64,000 nucleotides of DNA, taken from positions 1,116,001 through 1,180,000 of the forward strand of contig NC_086097.1 of assembly GCF_963921235.1 (NCBI RefSeq), in the 5' to 3' direction. Positions 61,800 to 64,000 of the stretch are shown here, in pieces (position 1 is the stretch's first letter; the number at the start of each line of letters is the position of its first letter). The notes under the pieces were generated by a model. The model searched no databases. It saw nothing but the letters and a program-made list of their open reading frames with translations, and had not been told where the DNA came from. Origin of the DNA: Mobula hypostoma (lineage: Eukaryota). A program made the position numbers and the translations under genes.

Positions 61800-64000
61800 A
61801 GCAAGCAGCTGAGAAGAAGGGAGTGAAGAAATTGGGTAGAAAAAGTCATTTTTTTTAAACACTGCTCAGGGAGAAGGGTCTGCACTGCGCAGGCGCATGA
61901 CGCAGCGCGCCAAGGTTTAAAAGCAGACCACCATATACAGCGGCCATCATCAGAGTGAACTGAGTCAGAGTGGGATGGCTTTGGCTCAACAGGCTTCGGC
62001 GAGAACAGACAGAGGTCAGGGTAGGTTCCGGCAAGTTTTTTGTTCAGGTTGTTTAGAGAAGAGAGAATGCCAGGCAGGATGTTGGAATACTCCTCTTGCA
62101 GGATGTGGGAAGTCAGGGAGCCCTCCAGTGTCCCTGACAACGACACCTGCAAGAAGTGCATCCAGCTGCAGCTCCTAACAAACCGCATTAGGGAACTGGA
62201 GCAGGAGCTGGATGACCTGCGGATCATTCGGGAGAATGAGGAGATTATAGATCGTAGCTACAGGGAGGTAGTTACGCCAAAGGAGCAGAGAACAGGAAAT
62301 TGGGTCACTGTCAGGCGAGGGAAGAGGAAAGGGCAGGCAGAGCAGGGTTCCCCTGTGGCCATTCCCCTCAACAAGAAGTATACCACATTGGATACTGTTG
62401 GGGGGGGATGACTTAACCTGGGACAAGCTGCAATAGCCGGATCTCTGGCACTGAGTCTGGCTCTGCAGTGCAGAAGGGAGGGTGGAAAAAGAGGAGAGCA
62501 GTAGTGATAGGGGACTCGATAGTTAGAGGTGCAGATAGGAGGTTCTGTGGTCGTGACAGAGAATCCAGGATGGTTTGTTGCCTCCTGGGTGTCAGGGTCA
62601 AGGATGTCTCTGATCGCTTGCATGACATTCTGAAGTAGGAGGGTGATCAGCCAGATGTCATGGTGCACATTGGTACCAATGACATAGCAAGGAAGAGTGA
62701 GGAGGTCCTGGAGAGTGAGTATAGAGAGCTTGGTAGGAAGTTGAAAAGCAGGACCTCAAGGGTGGTGTGCTACGTGCCGGTGAGGGTAAGAATAGGATGC
62801 TCTGGAGGATGAACAAGTGGCTGAGGAACTGGTGTAGGGGGTAGGGTTTCAGATTTCAGGATCATTGGGACCTCTTCTGGGGCAGGTGGGACCTGTACAA
62901 GAGAGACGGGTTACACTTGAACTACAGGGGAACCAATATCCTTTCAGGGAGGTTTGTTAGTGCTATTGAGGAGGCTTTAAACTAGATTTGCAGGGGGATG
63001 GGAACCAGAGTGCCAGAGCTGACAGTGTGGCTGGGGTGAAAATAAATGATGTTAAAAGTTCAAGCAAATCCGCTAATAGGTTGTGAGTGGTGGTAAAAAT
63101 CTTCTGAGGTGTATATATTTCAATGCTATGAGTATTGCGGGGAAGGCGGATGAGTTGAGGGCTTGGATTGACACGTGAAATTATGACGTTATAGCAATTA
63201 GTGAAACTTGGCTACAGGAGGGGCAGGACTGGCAGCTTAATATTCCAGGGTTCCGATGTTTCAGATGTGATCGAGGCAGAGGAATGAAAGGTGGGGGAGT
63301 AGCATTGCTTGTCAGGGAAAATATTACAGCAGTGCTCAGGCAGGACAGATTAGAGGGCTTGTCTACTGAGTCCTTATGGGTGGAGCTGAGAAACAGGAAA
63401 GGTATGGCCACATTAGTGGGATTGTATTACAGACCACCCAATAGTCAACGAGAATTGGAAGAGCAAATCTGCAGAGAGATAGCAGGCAACTGCAGGAAAC
63501 ATAAAGTTGTGGTGGTAGGGGATTTTAATTTTCCATATATTGATTGGGACTCCCATACTGTTAGGGGTCTAGATGGTTTAGAGTTTGTAAAATGTGTTCA
63601 GGAAAGTTTTCTAAATCAATATATAGAGGTACCAACTAGAGGGGATGCAATATTGGATCTCCTGTTTGGAAACGAGTTAGGACAAGCGATGGAAGTCTGT
63701 GTAGGGGAGCACTTTGGTTCCAGTGATCATAACACCATTAGTTTCAATTTGATCATGGACAAGGATAGATCTGGTCCTAGGGTTGAGGTTCTGAACGGGA
63801 AGAAGGCCAAATTTGAAGAAATGAGAAAGGATCTAAAAAGCGTGGATTGGGACAGGTTGTTCTCTGGCAAAGATGTGATCTGTAGGTGGGAAGCCTTCAA
63901 AGGAGAAATTTTGAGAGTGCAGAGTTTGTATGTTCCTGTCAGGATTAAAGGCAAAGTGAATAGGAATAAGGAACCTTGGTTCTCAAGGGATATTGCAAGT
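61800..64000 (+). mobile_element. CR1 5' portion (5' UTR, ORF1 Zn-finger/leucine zipper/esterase, APE) running off the window
   Basis: ORF 62040-62411 (CRMWE...CKKCIQLQLLTNRIRELEQEL), then esterase and APE motifs (ISETW, YYRPP, GDFNF, SDHN). Confidence 0.92.

Overview
This is vertebrate genomic DNA; the repeat families suggest a cartilaginous fish such as a ray or shark (inference). One host gene is well supported: ERG28 (C14orf1, the sterol C4-demethylation scaffold) on the + strand. It has four GT-AG coding exons (11708-11840, 16652-16742, 45613-45731, 47579-47667) that splice into a 143-aa ORF ending in KKRI. A CpG-containing promoter at about 9.2-9.4 kb carries a CCAAT box, a perfect SRE-1 and a GC box. 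Most of the remaining sequence is nested transposable elements: many CR1 LINEs, Rex1/Babar-type LINEs, Penelope-like elements (PLEs), a CORE-type SINE, two solo LTRs, a Harbinger derivative and hAT MITEs. Main findings: (i) minimal hammerhead-ribozyme motifs in the PLE termini, two of them in sense orientation inside ERG28 introns; (ii) an antisense CR1 appears to supply the splice-acceptor region of the first coding exon; (iii) an SREBP/NF-Y/Sp1 promoter triad with a retroelement inserted just upstream; (iv) inverted PLE structures with target-site duplications (TSDs). Element boundaries without a TSD are approximate.
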